NCBI RefSeq assembly: GCF_000315625.1
Contig: NW_005434643.1
Location: forward strand, 442 to 64,441
Direction of reading: 5' to 3'
Length of the DNA stretch: 64,000 nt
Origin: Guillardia theta CCMP2712
Lineage: Eukaryota > Protista > Cryptophyta
Made by a program: the position numbers and the translations under genes. The notes under the pieces were generated by a model. That model searched no databases. It saw nothing but the letters and a program-made list of their open reading frames with translations, and was not told the DNA's origin. This document shows, one piece after another, positions 25,967 to 36,825 of this stretch (positions within the stretch are counted from its first letter, which is position 1; each line of letters starts with the position of its first letter).

Positions 25967-28900
25967 ATGGTTGCTAGGACCTCAGGGGAGGCTGTCAGTG
26001 ACAAGGAGAAGGAGTACAAGGCTCTTACGATGCACCTGCTGGATATGAGCGAGGAGCTCGAGAAGATGGGAGGAGGCGACACCAGGATCTGCCCCCTCAA
26101 GGTTGTTGTGCGCGTCCGGCCAGGGAGAGGGGGGAGGAGGGCAGTGCAGACAGAAGGGAGCGAGGTGAGGGTGCTGGAGGGGAAGGGGAAGGAGGGAGAC
26201 GGGACGACATGCCGCACGTACAAGATGACAGCAGCGCTACCTGCCAACTCCAGCCAGAAGGAGTGCTTCCAAGCCACTGCTCTCGTCGCTCTCAACTCCT
26301 TATGGGACGGTTTCAACGCATCCGTTGTTGCTGTGGGGCAGACAGGGACGGGGAAGACCTACAGCTTGTACGGGGATGAGGACGAGAACCTCTCCCTCCT
26401 CACTCTCAAGACTCTCTTCGAGAGGATCAGGCAGAGCCACGAGCCCAACGACTTCATAGTGATGTTGTCTTTGTGGGAGGTCGGTGTCAGCGATGCGAAC
26501 GATCTGCTTGCTCCTCAGAAGCAGCAGGATGATCGGGGAGGAGGAGCAGGAGACAAGTCGTTCACTTGTGTCGAGGTTGAGTCCCTCTCCGATGCCATGC
26601 AAGTGCTGGAGTACGGTCATTCCCGCAGCTCGAACTGGATTGAGGATGATGAGAAGACCATGTTCGTGCCGACATCGAACAGATGCCATTCCTTCATGAG
26701 GATCACCCTCTATGACAAGAGGAAGCGAAGGATAAGCTCCCTGCACCTGATCGACCTCGTTGGTTATGTCCCGCTGAATGGAGCTCGAACAGCTGGTAGG
26801 TTTGGATCAAGACTACCAATCTGCCTGACTGGGAAAGCCCGTCTCGTTCCAACCCACCACCCCCGCTCTCCCTGATTCCTTCATTCTTCCCTTCAGTCGT
26901 CTTGTCACTGCGTTTATCTGACTGACTGATCGCCCGTGCAGAAGTGGCTTTCAACAAGAAGCAAGTCTACGACCGAGAAAGGAGAATGATGAGTCAACAG
27001 CTCATTTCTTTCAATCGCCTGCTAGGTCAGAGTCTGGTGCCTCCTCCTGCCATTCCCTCCGCTCTCCCCATCCCCTCCCTCCCTAATCCCTCCCTCCCTC
27101 CCCTTTCCTTTCTTCCTGTCCCTCTTGCTCCTCCCTTCTTCTCTCCCCCCACCTGCCTCCACTGTCACTGCATCCTGTGTCCTGACGACTAGAGCAGCTG
27201 AGATCTCGTCGAAGCACGAGAGGAGCGGATGCTCCATCAGCACTGTAGGAAGCGACTCGTGGGTCTCCTCTTCCAGAGACTCGAGGCTGACGCAGGCGAT
27301 GTCTCCCCTCCTCGCAGGGAACAACCAGACGATCATCCTCTGTACCATCTCGCCCGATGCTGAGGATCAGCTCGACACGCTCAACTCGCTGCGGTGCTGC
27401 CATCGTGCTCTCTGCATCAGCAACGCGTGCCATCGCATCCTCAACATTGACGCTGGCGACTTCTCCTCCCTCCCCTCCTCGGAGATTCTTGGAGCTGCTC
27501 TCGGGGGGACCAGGGGGCATCACGTGGGGAGGGGAGGGAGTAGAAAGCAGCCTGTTGGAGGATCGATGCATCAGAAGGTGGCGGAGCTTGAAGATGAAGT
27601 CTACCATGCAAGACTTGAGCTCAGCTCGTCAGACAGGAGGAAGGCGATGCCGGAAGAGAGGAGGAGCGTAGAGGAGAGGAGGAGCATGGAGGAGAGGAAC
27701 AGGAGGAGAGGAAACAGGAGGAGAGGAAACAGGAGGAGGATCTGAGGAGGAGGATGGGTGAGCACAAGGCACGAGTGAGGTTCGATCACCGCCAAGTTCC
27801 GCAGCGGAGGAAGGAGGGAGGGCCCGATGACAAGGCCTGGCAGGAGGCGTACAGGGAGATCTCGTCCATCGACGAGAGCATCCGGAGGAGACATGCAGGA
27901 CACGAGGAAGAGGATGCGCGAGCCAGCGACGGGTGGAAGAAGCAGAGCCAGCGTAGGAGCCCAGCTCAACACAACCAGGCACATGGGATGAGGCACGAGG
28001 AGGAGGCGAGGAAGGGGCCAGGAGAAAAGTACGCGAGGGACGATGACGAGGCGTACGAGATCGAGGAGGAGGATTTTGACGAGGAGGTGGATGAATTGGA
28101 GAAGTCTCCAGACGACCTCAGGAACGAGTTCCACCATGTGCTGGACAGAATGAGGAGCATGGACTTCCAGGAGGATGGAGCGCGCAGTTACTCCCCCATC
28201 CAGATGGAGGGGGAGGAGGAGGAGGAGGAGGAGGGAGGATGGGTCTTCCATGACAGGGAGGAGGCAGGGCGGCACCAGCATCAGGACGTGAGGGACAACA
28301 TGCAGCGGGAGGACATCGACCACCAGTACGCAGAGATCGTGCAGAGGATCGCGAAGCAGGCGAACTTCTCGTCCCTCGACGACGAGCAGGAGGTCCGAGA
28401 TAGGGAGGAGTTCATCACCCGACAGGAGGTAGGGGGATGCGTCATGCCGTCCGCTCGCTGACTGGCATGCTGGCAGATCAAGCTCGTGGAGCTGAGGCAA
28501 GAGGTCATGGAGCTGAAGCGAAGGCTCAGGCTCGCCATGAGCGAGGGCGGGCAGGAAGAAGTTTTCAGCGAGTACGAGGCTGAGATCTCCCGACTGAGCC
28601 ATGCCCTCTCCCAGGTCTCTCTGGCTCCTCCCCCTTCCTGCTGTGCCATCCCCAGCTCTGCTCCTGTCCTCTCCTCATGGCAAACTCTCCCTTCCTCTCC
28701 TCATGGCAAGCTCTCCCTCCCTCACCTTGCATGTCCTCAGTACCCCGCTGTCCTTGTCTGTCTCCATCCTCTCCCTCACCTCCGCATCTTCACTCTCGGC
28801 CCTTTCCAGGCAAGGCAGCAACAGATGGCATCAGATCTGGCGGCCCAGGAAGCCTCCAGCTTGCAGGCGGGAGATCGAGCTCGAGACATGCGCGACTTCA

Positions 28901-29915
28901 CTCGCAAGAACCTCACGAGGTCAGGAGGAGAGCAGGAGGGGGAGGGGAAGAGAAGGAGGGAGAGGGAAAGAGAAAGAGGGAGAGGGAAAGAAAAGGAGGG
29001 AGAGGGGAAGAGAGGGAGGCGGGGAAGGGGCAGGTAGGAGGGAGGCTCTGATTTCTTCGAGCAGGCTGCAGAAGGAGTTTGAGAAAGTTTCCAAGGAGAA
29101 CGAGAGCCTGCGGAGGGAGAGGAGGACTTTCTTGTCGCAGAAGAAGTTCCTCCAGGACATGGTTCGCAAGGCATCGCATCTGCAGCAGGTTTCCCTTCCT
29201 CCTCTCCCTTCCCTTCTGCTCCTGCCGCTCCCTCCCCCTCCCCCCCAACCTGATGACCACCACCACCTGCTGCTGCTGCTCCTCCTCCTCCTCCTCCTCC
29301 ATTTCTTCTCGTGCACCTGGTTGACCTCTCATTGTTCCAGGCCCTCAACACCAAGGAGGATGAACTCCAGAGAGAGAAGGAGCGGGTGGAGGAGGCACAC
29401 AAGAAGGCCATCGACCTGCAGTTCGCCCTCGGCGAGGCAAACAGGAAGGAGCAGCTCCTCAAGGTCTGCCGCCCCCCCCCCCCCCCCCCCTTCTCCTTCC
29501 CTTCCCCTGGGCTCACCGGCAGCCTCCTGACGCTGCTGAGCAGGACGAGATGAAACCTCTCCGCTCCGAGCTCACCAAGCTGGTGGAGGCCAACAGGAGG
29601 AGCCAGCGACAGATGAGGACGTTCCGATCCTTCGCTGGTGGGAATTCCTTCCCCGCGTCCTGCTTCCCTCCCTCCCCGGGCCCCTCCCCTCGTTCCTACA
29701 CGTTACCACCCCAATCCCCATCTCCTCCTCCTCCTCCTCTTCATATCTGGAACATGTCGGTGCTTCTCTGATGTATGTTAGATGAGGAGCATCTGAAGCC
29801 CAAGGGCAACTTGATCGAGCAGCTCGACAAGCTGGAGCATGAAGTCGGCTTCTTCCGCCCAAAACTTCTGCCTCGCATCAAGGAACTGCGAGCCGAGATC
29901 GAGGCCGCCCTATGA
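25967..29915 (+). CDS. Divergent kinesin-like protein (motor domain + acidic linker + coiled coil)
   Basis: KVVVRVRP; DGFNASVVAVGQTGTGKTYSL (P-loop); SNRCHS (switch I-like); LHLIDLVG (switch II-like); RDSRLTQAMSPLLAGNNQTIILCTISP. Stop at 29913-29915. Confidence 0.85.
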
Positions 29916-30748
29916 CCGCCAGGTCAAGAAGACTTCTATGCTCTGACCTCATTCCTCCCTCCAACCCCTCTCCCCGGGCCCTTCCTTTCCCTTTGTCAGT
30001 GCCACTCGGCAATGCGTTCACCGGACCGGGACTCTAGTAACGGTACTGACGGGCTGGCATGCCGCAGGATACGTTGAAGCAGGAGACTTCGCTGGGGTCC
30101 GCCTCCTATCGCCCAAGATCAAGATGTAGATGATACAAGAGGTGAAGTAGATTGAAGTTTATTATCAAATGACCAGTGAATCGTTCAACAACAAGATCAT
30201 CACCGTCTCCGTCGGCCCCTGACTTTCAGTTACTGACAGTCGGAGCCTCCGAGCCGGCCTGGCGGCCCGGGCCGGGCCCACTGCACGGCCTAGGCGCCGC
30301 AGTGACTGGCCCAGTGGAACCGTCAGACTCGTGACTCTGATTTGTAGACTCGCCTCACTGTCAGTTCCGAAGTTCTCAAGCCTCCAGTTTTTCAGTGTAC
30401 CGTGACCCCCCGGGCCCCGGGCCCGGGAACTGCCAGGCCCTCAGTCCGATCTGGCCGCACCGAATCTTTTTACTCAACGTCAACCAGCTTGTTAGTCCTT
30501 GCAGTGAGGCGGGTCCGCTCGTGCAGCATTTTTTTCCTGCTGTAACGGTCAGCTTCAGCTTTCATTTGGAAGGGGTGGGGTATCATCACCGGCGACTTGA
30601 ACCCAGTATTGCTGCAGGAGTAGTACCCTATGATTTATCTTACCTGATGGACTCGAGATATCGTTGAAGTATAGGTAAGGGAGAAGAAATCGAGCAGGAC
30701 AGCAAGAGGGGTAGTGAGACTTTGACGGGTGGGGTGATGGTCCGTTAT

Positions 30749-30763
30749 CCTCTTTTTTTTTTT
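30749..30763 (+). promoter_or_regulatory. Oligopyrimidine tract just upstream of the RPS25 ATG (5'TOP-like or TSS-associated)
   Basis: CCTC followed by a long T run about 40 nt before the ATG at 30802. Ribosomal-protein gene context; function inferred. Confidence 0.3.
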
Positions 30764-30801
30764 AAAGGCTCTGCTGCGCGTGCGAGATCAGCACAGAGCC
30801 C

Positions 30802-31789
30802 ATGGTGAGTGAGCGCGAGCGAGGAGGTCAAAGCATGGCGGCGATGCAGTGTGCGAACAGTGTGATGGGGATAATGGAGATGATAGTGATGATGGAGATG
30901 ATGGAAAGGTGTGGGTTTGAACAAGATGTGTCTTGATTTTGTGGTGAGCGACTGGAGAGATGTTGGGTTGAGGTTGTCTGCTCTATTGCTATTGCCTAGA
31001 TTGTGGTTGGGGTTGCTCGTGATCACCTTTGACTTTCATGTGAGTGAGATATTATGCTTTTGAAAATATCTCTCATATTTCCATGTCAAGATTATTTTTG
31101 CGCATATTTCCACGATTGTATCAGATTTCAATCTAGAACGCAACAACAACTCATTGCAGCGTCATAAATTGGTTGTATTGGTGATGAGTGTTCCCTTTTT
31201 TCCTTGGTGTTCTCGCTTCTGTTTTTATGGCACATTGTCAAAGTTGTGTCTATCAGAACAAACACAAGCCATGATCAAGAAGCAGTTTTGACAGTGAACA
31301 GTGACTTGCGATGTTGGGTTTTGTTCGCTGAATGGCTCTGTGTTTGTGCCGATTTTCCCTGTGACTGGTGTGATTTCGAACGACGTTGTCCTGCTTTTGG
31401 CAACATGTTATCAGAATCCTGACTTGAGGTCGCAGCCGCCTAAGCAGCCGCAGGGCAAGGGCAAGGCCGATGCGGCCTCGTCCAAGGCTCAGAGTTCCAA
31501 GAAGGACGCAGGAGGAGGAAAGGCCAAGAAGAAGAAATGGTCTAAGGGAAAGCAAAAAGAAAAGTTGAACGCTGCAGTGTTCTTTGACAAGAACTTGTAC
31601 GAGAAGCTTAAGAAGGAAGTGCCCAGCTACAAGCTCATCACTCCCTCTATTATTTCTGAGCGCATGAGATGCAATGTCAGTATGGCTCGCCGGGCGATTG
31701 TTGATCTTGAGAGCAAGGGGATGATCCGTGCTATCTCGAAGCACGCTAGCCAAAGCATCTACACTCGCGCATTAGCAGGAGCTGAGTAA
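30802..31789 (+). CDS. RPS25: 40S ribosomal protein S25 (eS25); exon 1 is ATG only, intron 30805-31435
   Basis: ATG|GTGAGT donor at 30802-30810, CTGAC branch point and CGCAG acceptor at 31435. Protein M-PPKQ...[20 protein letters not shown]...[11 protein letters not shown]...IYTRA. Confidence 0.95.
31028..31151 (+). ncRNA. Candidate intronic box H/ACA snoRNA
   Basis: Hairpin 1: TGAC/GTCA basal stem, GAGATATT 31046-31053 / AATATCTC 31065-31072 upper stem. Hinge H box AGATTA 31089-31094 (ANANNA). Hairpin 2: TTGCG/CGCAA and GATTG/CAATC with an internal loop. ACA follows at 31143-31145 or 31146-31148. Confidence 0.6.
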
Positions 31790-32460
31790 ACAATGAACTT
31801 CTGAAAACTCTGAAAAACTATTTTGCACGTGTCTACCTGCTCTTCATGGTCTCCATGCTCACGAACTCAAAGAACATACACCCAAACGCTTCAATATTGT
31901 GCTGTCCAACCGTCTGCATATTGCTCTGGTCATACAGTTTGCCAAAGTGATGGAAAATGCAGCGTTGAAGGTTTGCGAACTTGATACTTGCCTGAAGTTA
32001 GAGGAGCATTGGACACAGCAGCATCTTTCACTGAGCCGAACTAGGATGGGCAAGGCAAGCTGCATAACGCCAATATCCACTGACATCTTCGATTGCTCTG
32101 ACCCTTCCTGACTGTAGAATAATCCTCAGGCCTGAGGCTTTGAAGGTGGCTAGGCCGCGGGTGTTGCGTGTGCCGACAGTTTGGCCCAAGCTATGTTACA
32201 CAGTGCGGCAAACTCTTCAAGGGTTGAACGAGATAACAAGACAAAGCCTTGGAAATGAAGCAAGAGGAGAAGAGACCTACTACTAGCCTAGCAAGCTCTC
32301 AGTGCAACCGTAGTTACTAGTTGACTTGTTCGCATTTCAGATGCCCCTTCAGATATTTAAGCAATTATACTGATGCGGGCTTATTAGAGGTATCTACAAG
32401 CCCCCCTCAGAACAATAAAGGGAAACTGCAGTAAGACACCGATTACTGAAAGGGCAGACG

Positions 32461-34262
32461 ATGGCGTGGGGGCGTGTGAGCGCCGTCGCATGCATCATGC
32501 TGATGGCAGCGGCGCTGGGAGGTTATCACATGATGATGAAGAGGTTTGAGCAAGACGCTCTTGCTTCCTCTCAGTGCGAGAAGAATGCGACAGCAGCGAA
32601 AGATCTGCAGCAGGAGAACGCGCGGCTGGTTGCTAAACTGGACAAATTGACGAAGCAGTACCAGAAGCTCTTGACTTACATGAAGGAGAAGTGCGACATG
32701 GGGGGAGGGGACCCTACCGGAAAAATGAGCTCATTATGCAGCACGGAGCTGGACGTGTGCAAGGGGAACCTTGTTGAGGCTCGCGCAGAGCTGAAAGCTT
32801 GCAGTGGTTATGCAGAGAAGATAGATGATAAGAATTTACAACTCAAGCAGAACCTTACCAAGGTGGTAGAACGTGCTATAATCCTTGCTGATGTCAATTC
32901 TGACAAACTGAAAGATCAAAGAAGTGGACAAGCGAATGCTCGGAGAGACAGGAGCATTGATCGATAAACTCATGAGATCCAATTTTTCCAGAGCAGAGAA
33001 GGTGAGCACGTGCATCATGATTTTTGAGTGACTTTGATGGTATTGACAGGATAAAAGACTCAAATCGATGATCGAGAAGAATCTTGATGATGAAGAGAGC
33101 CAACTAAGTAGTATCTTCAAGAGCAACGGGATCAATCTGGGCAGGTGGCAACAAAAATCACTTGCCCTCCACTGATGGCCATCTGGCAAACAAACAGGAA
33201 AAACATTGATTTCCTTTCTAAACTCTCGAAAAATCGCTCGACCAGCGAGAACAACTTCTCAAAGGTAGCACATTCTCCACTTCCGCACGAGCCTGAAAAA
33301 GTATCAGCTTACCAACGCGACTAGCCTCGTCTTGAACGGTGGCAAAGACGGCAAGGTTTCGAAATACTTTTGTTCTTTGATCATCATTCAAGCAACTGAC
33401 TGTAAAAATGCTGAATTCAGTTCAAAATTCAGCTCAACCTTGGAAATGGGAGCAAAGTGGACGTGAAGAAATTGAGAGACGTTCTTCCATCCATCTTGAA
33501 GGTAACTCGCTCTCTATGAACCCGCATAGGATGACTTGCCTTACCTTATCAGTCGCTGCCCCTCCCTCTACAGCCATTAGCTAGACAGGTTTCATTGTTA
33601 TTCTCGCCCCTTCAGGCCGTGAAGAGAGGACGTTTAGCTCCAGAGTGACGTCAAGAAGCATCAGCAAGAACTGAAAGTTCTCGATGGCCCAAGGAGGAAG
33701 GTACGGGCGTTCTCTCGACTTGTAGCATGTCTTGACGGATTTTGCTGACCTTGCATGATAGAAATCAAAAGTGGACACCCGGCCAGACCCTGCCGAAATC
33801 TTCCGTGGGATGATGCAGAATTTCCCGAGCTCGATGATTGCGAATCACCCGGTGTTCTCCCGGATGGGAGGTCTGCCCTTCGTTGCTTTGCCCGAGCTAT
33901 AGTGACCCTCATGGTTTCTGCAGGACTCTTTCCTTCCCGTGGAAGAAATCCTGACGATCCTGCGAGGGGGGAACCTTTCAACCCGTTCTCCAGGATGCAG
34001 AGAGCTCGTGGTGATGATGATGACGAGGAGGACGATGACAAAGTCAGGCGCTCTAGAATTTCCCTGCCGTTTCCGGCAGCACGATCTCCGTTCCAGGATC
34101 GATCATCTCCCATGTTCCCTTCGTTTCCAGGTCATCTTCGCCCTCCTTTCCAGGTGCTGCAATTGTGCGCTGCTCTCCGACTCGCTTGTCTGACTGCTCG
34201 CATGAAAATTCTCTCCTCCCCCCCTTCTTCCCGTGTTGCAGAATGACGACGATAACGACTAA
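32461..34262 (+). CDS. Hypothetical N-terminally membrane-anchored coiled-coil protein with low-complexity P/F/D-rich tail
   Basis: MAWGRVSAVACIMLMAAALGGY (TM or signal), heptad-rich region, several ~50-nt GT-AG introns. Last exon NDDDND* with stop at 34260-34262. Confidence 0.65.
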
Positions 34263-34269
34263 AGTGCTG

Positions 34270-35750
34270 AGGGCTGATGTGCGGCATGCCGCTGCCGCCG
34301 AGCCTCCGTCGAGCAGCGTCGGACGGCTCCACGGAATGTCGGAGTCTGCCGACTCTGACGTGGTCTGTCGAGTTTCAGCTCGGACTCACCGCGGACTCCA
34401 GCGGCCGCGCATCACCCGGCCGGAGCCAGGCTGTCAACCGGCCGCACTGCTGAGGCACTGCCGCAGTGTATCCACGCATGGCAGCGGTGGATGATCATCC
34501 GGCGGACGGGGATCCGACCGAACCCGGTTCGATTTCGACGAGGCCCACCCGGTCGAGCGGCGGTCACCGCGGGCCGGCGCCTCTGCGGCCCGGTGCTCAG
34601 GGTCGGGCCCGGCGCCGAAATCATGAAGCCACCCGGCCCCCGGGCCGTCCAATGACGGGCCCAGGCTCGTGACGGTGACCGTTGCTAGCCGCGGCCCGCC
34701 CTAGTAGCCGGCCGGGGCCGGCACTGTCAGGCCCGTTAGTGTGGCGGCCGCTGAGCCGCCGCAGCCACTGAGGCCGCGCAGTGCCAGGACAGCGCCGGCG
34801 CAGTACTACTGTAACCGGGCCAGTAAAGTTTATCATGAAGTCAGTCCCGTACCGGGTGCCACCGCCCGGCCCGTCCGAGTGATCCGGGAGCCGCAGCAGG
34901 CGCGGCCGTCCCGGGCCAGCGCCGGGCCGCCGCGGCCCGCGCCACGCGGCCGCACTGCGCGGCGCCACCCGGTGAACTTGTGCTCCGTCCGATCGCAGTG
35001 CCACGGCCCGGCGGAGTCACCGAGTCCGATGGTCGGGCCCCGGGCTCAGTGAGCGCGCCGGGCCGGGGCGCGGCCGCCTGCCACGGTGCCACGGTGACTG
35101 GCCCACTGCACTGCAGCCTGAGGCCCGGCGGCCCGTGAAACTGCCCGGATCGGAACTTTGAAGTTCCCGCCGCGGCGACTTGACCGTACCGTACCGTGAC
35201 GGAAGTTCCGGGGCCGGAGTCCCGTCGGAAATGGAAGTAACTTAGCTCAGCCAACCGTTAGGGCGGCAGGCTGAACGGACTCGGACGGTCATGATTCATC
35301 CGGCGAGCCGGGGCTCTGAGCGGACTCCCGAGCTACGAGTCCGGGACCGCGGCGTACTAGGCTGCGCGGCGGCGGCGCCGGGCGGAAGCGTGTAACTTTG
35401 AGTAACTGAAGAAGCATCATCTGAGTACTCATGATGAGCGCTTCCCCGGGCTGGCAGATGATCGGATCATATGGCTATCCGGCGCCGCCGCCGCCGAGTC
35501 GGCCCGGCACCCATCTGATCACCGTGTGATGCGCCGCCCGCCGCGCGGGATGATGATGCGGCGCCGCCTGCCGCGCGCCTCAGGCGGCCCGGCTTGTCTT
35601 GCCAGCCCGGCCGGGCGGGCCTCGCCGCGGCCGCGACACTACCGTCACTGCCAGGCTGTCAGTGCCACCGTACGGCACTGCACCCGGTCTGAATCCACTC
35701 GGATTCAAAGGCTATAGCCTTTGACCAGGCTCAGTGATTTTTACTCAAAG
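34270..35750. other. 1.5-kb very GC-rich palindrome-dense intergenic tract upstream of the phytochrome gene
   Basis: Dense CCGG/GGCC/GCGC/GACTC/CAGTG words. Perfect 20-bp palindrome TCAAAGGCTATAGCCTTTGA at 35705-35724. The ORFs here are R/P/G/A-rich and look spurious. Confidence 0.65.
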
Positions 35751-36825
35751 TTAAGTTAAAAATGATAGTGACTGGCCTAAATCCGAATCCGATGATCAGG
35801 GATATGCTGAAATATTGTCGGATATTTTGAAAATTTGAGTGATTTGACACTCAAATTCGTTTCGACTCCTCGCAGTATATATATTAAAAGTAAACTTTTA
35901 AAACTTGTACCAATACGCTAGCCAGTGCAATAATACCGTCGAGTCGATAATAAATGTTTTTAATTATAAGAGTTTTTATTCGGAGTAGATTCCGTCGCTT
36001 TGTAGTTCGAAGGTTGCAATATCACAACGTTTGGTGATGGAGGCCGGATGAGATTGTATGAGGTTCGGTGAGCCCCAGCGACCCCTGCTTGAGTATAAAC
36101 TCTTGAAGGGATATAGTCAAATGGATGTAATAATTTTGACAGTCCGCGCATGAATCCAATCTTCTCCAATCAAATCTTCAAAATGCCCTCATTTTGTCAA
36201 ATTTACATATTCAATTATGACTGTTGAGCGTAAAATGTGTTTGATGTAGCACCTCTTGCGCAAAATCTCTTTTTCCGAAGACCCCCTCTTCTGACCGATT
36301 TTTCGTAAATCGGGGGTCCAAAATCACACACCGGTTGTAGTCAACTTTTAAGTCAAATCTAGTCTACTTTAGAATCATTCTTGCTAAAATCAGCTGATTC
36401 TACTTGCTTTTCGTTTAACCAACCGCGCGACGGTCGCATCGTCATGGCGCGAGAAGAGGATAGGATCTAGGCGGAGGATTTATGAGGCTGGAAGAAGGAA
36501 ATGGCTGAAGTTTGGTCAACCTGACAAAGAATCTGTCTTCCTCCTGACTTAGTCTCTTCTCGTGGATGATTGTGCGCATGAAATATGATTGAGAGTCCGA
36601 AGATATGGCCAGTTGCAACCCTTGAAATGAGATTACGCTAGGACCTGGCAAGACTTAGAGTTTGCATACAGATGTAGTGAGTCCACTTGAATTGCAGTGG
36701 ACATCTTAGACCTCTTATTACGCTGATTGACTGACGATTTTTCTGAGCAGTTTTACTGTTGAAATATCACCTGCAGCTTGACGCAGTTTGCTACTCTGTG
36801 AAGTCGAATCGGACAGACCACGGAA

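Noticed and set aside
31181-31331. U14-like C/D snoRNA (GTGATGA...TTCCTTGGTGT...CTGA)
   Set aside because: The domain-A-like sequence is imperfect and not adjacent to the D box, there is no domain B, and no terminal stem.
31301-31435. N-terminal extension of RPS25 in the ORF track
   Set aside because: It is intron sequence. eS25 starts M-PPK, matching the ATG|GTGAGT exon at 30802.
34165-35717. Multiple R/P/G/A-rich ORFs in GC islands (also 54881-55658)
   Set aside because: Stop-poor artefacts of very high GC. No domain motifs or splice structure.
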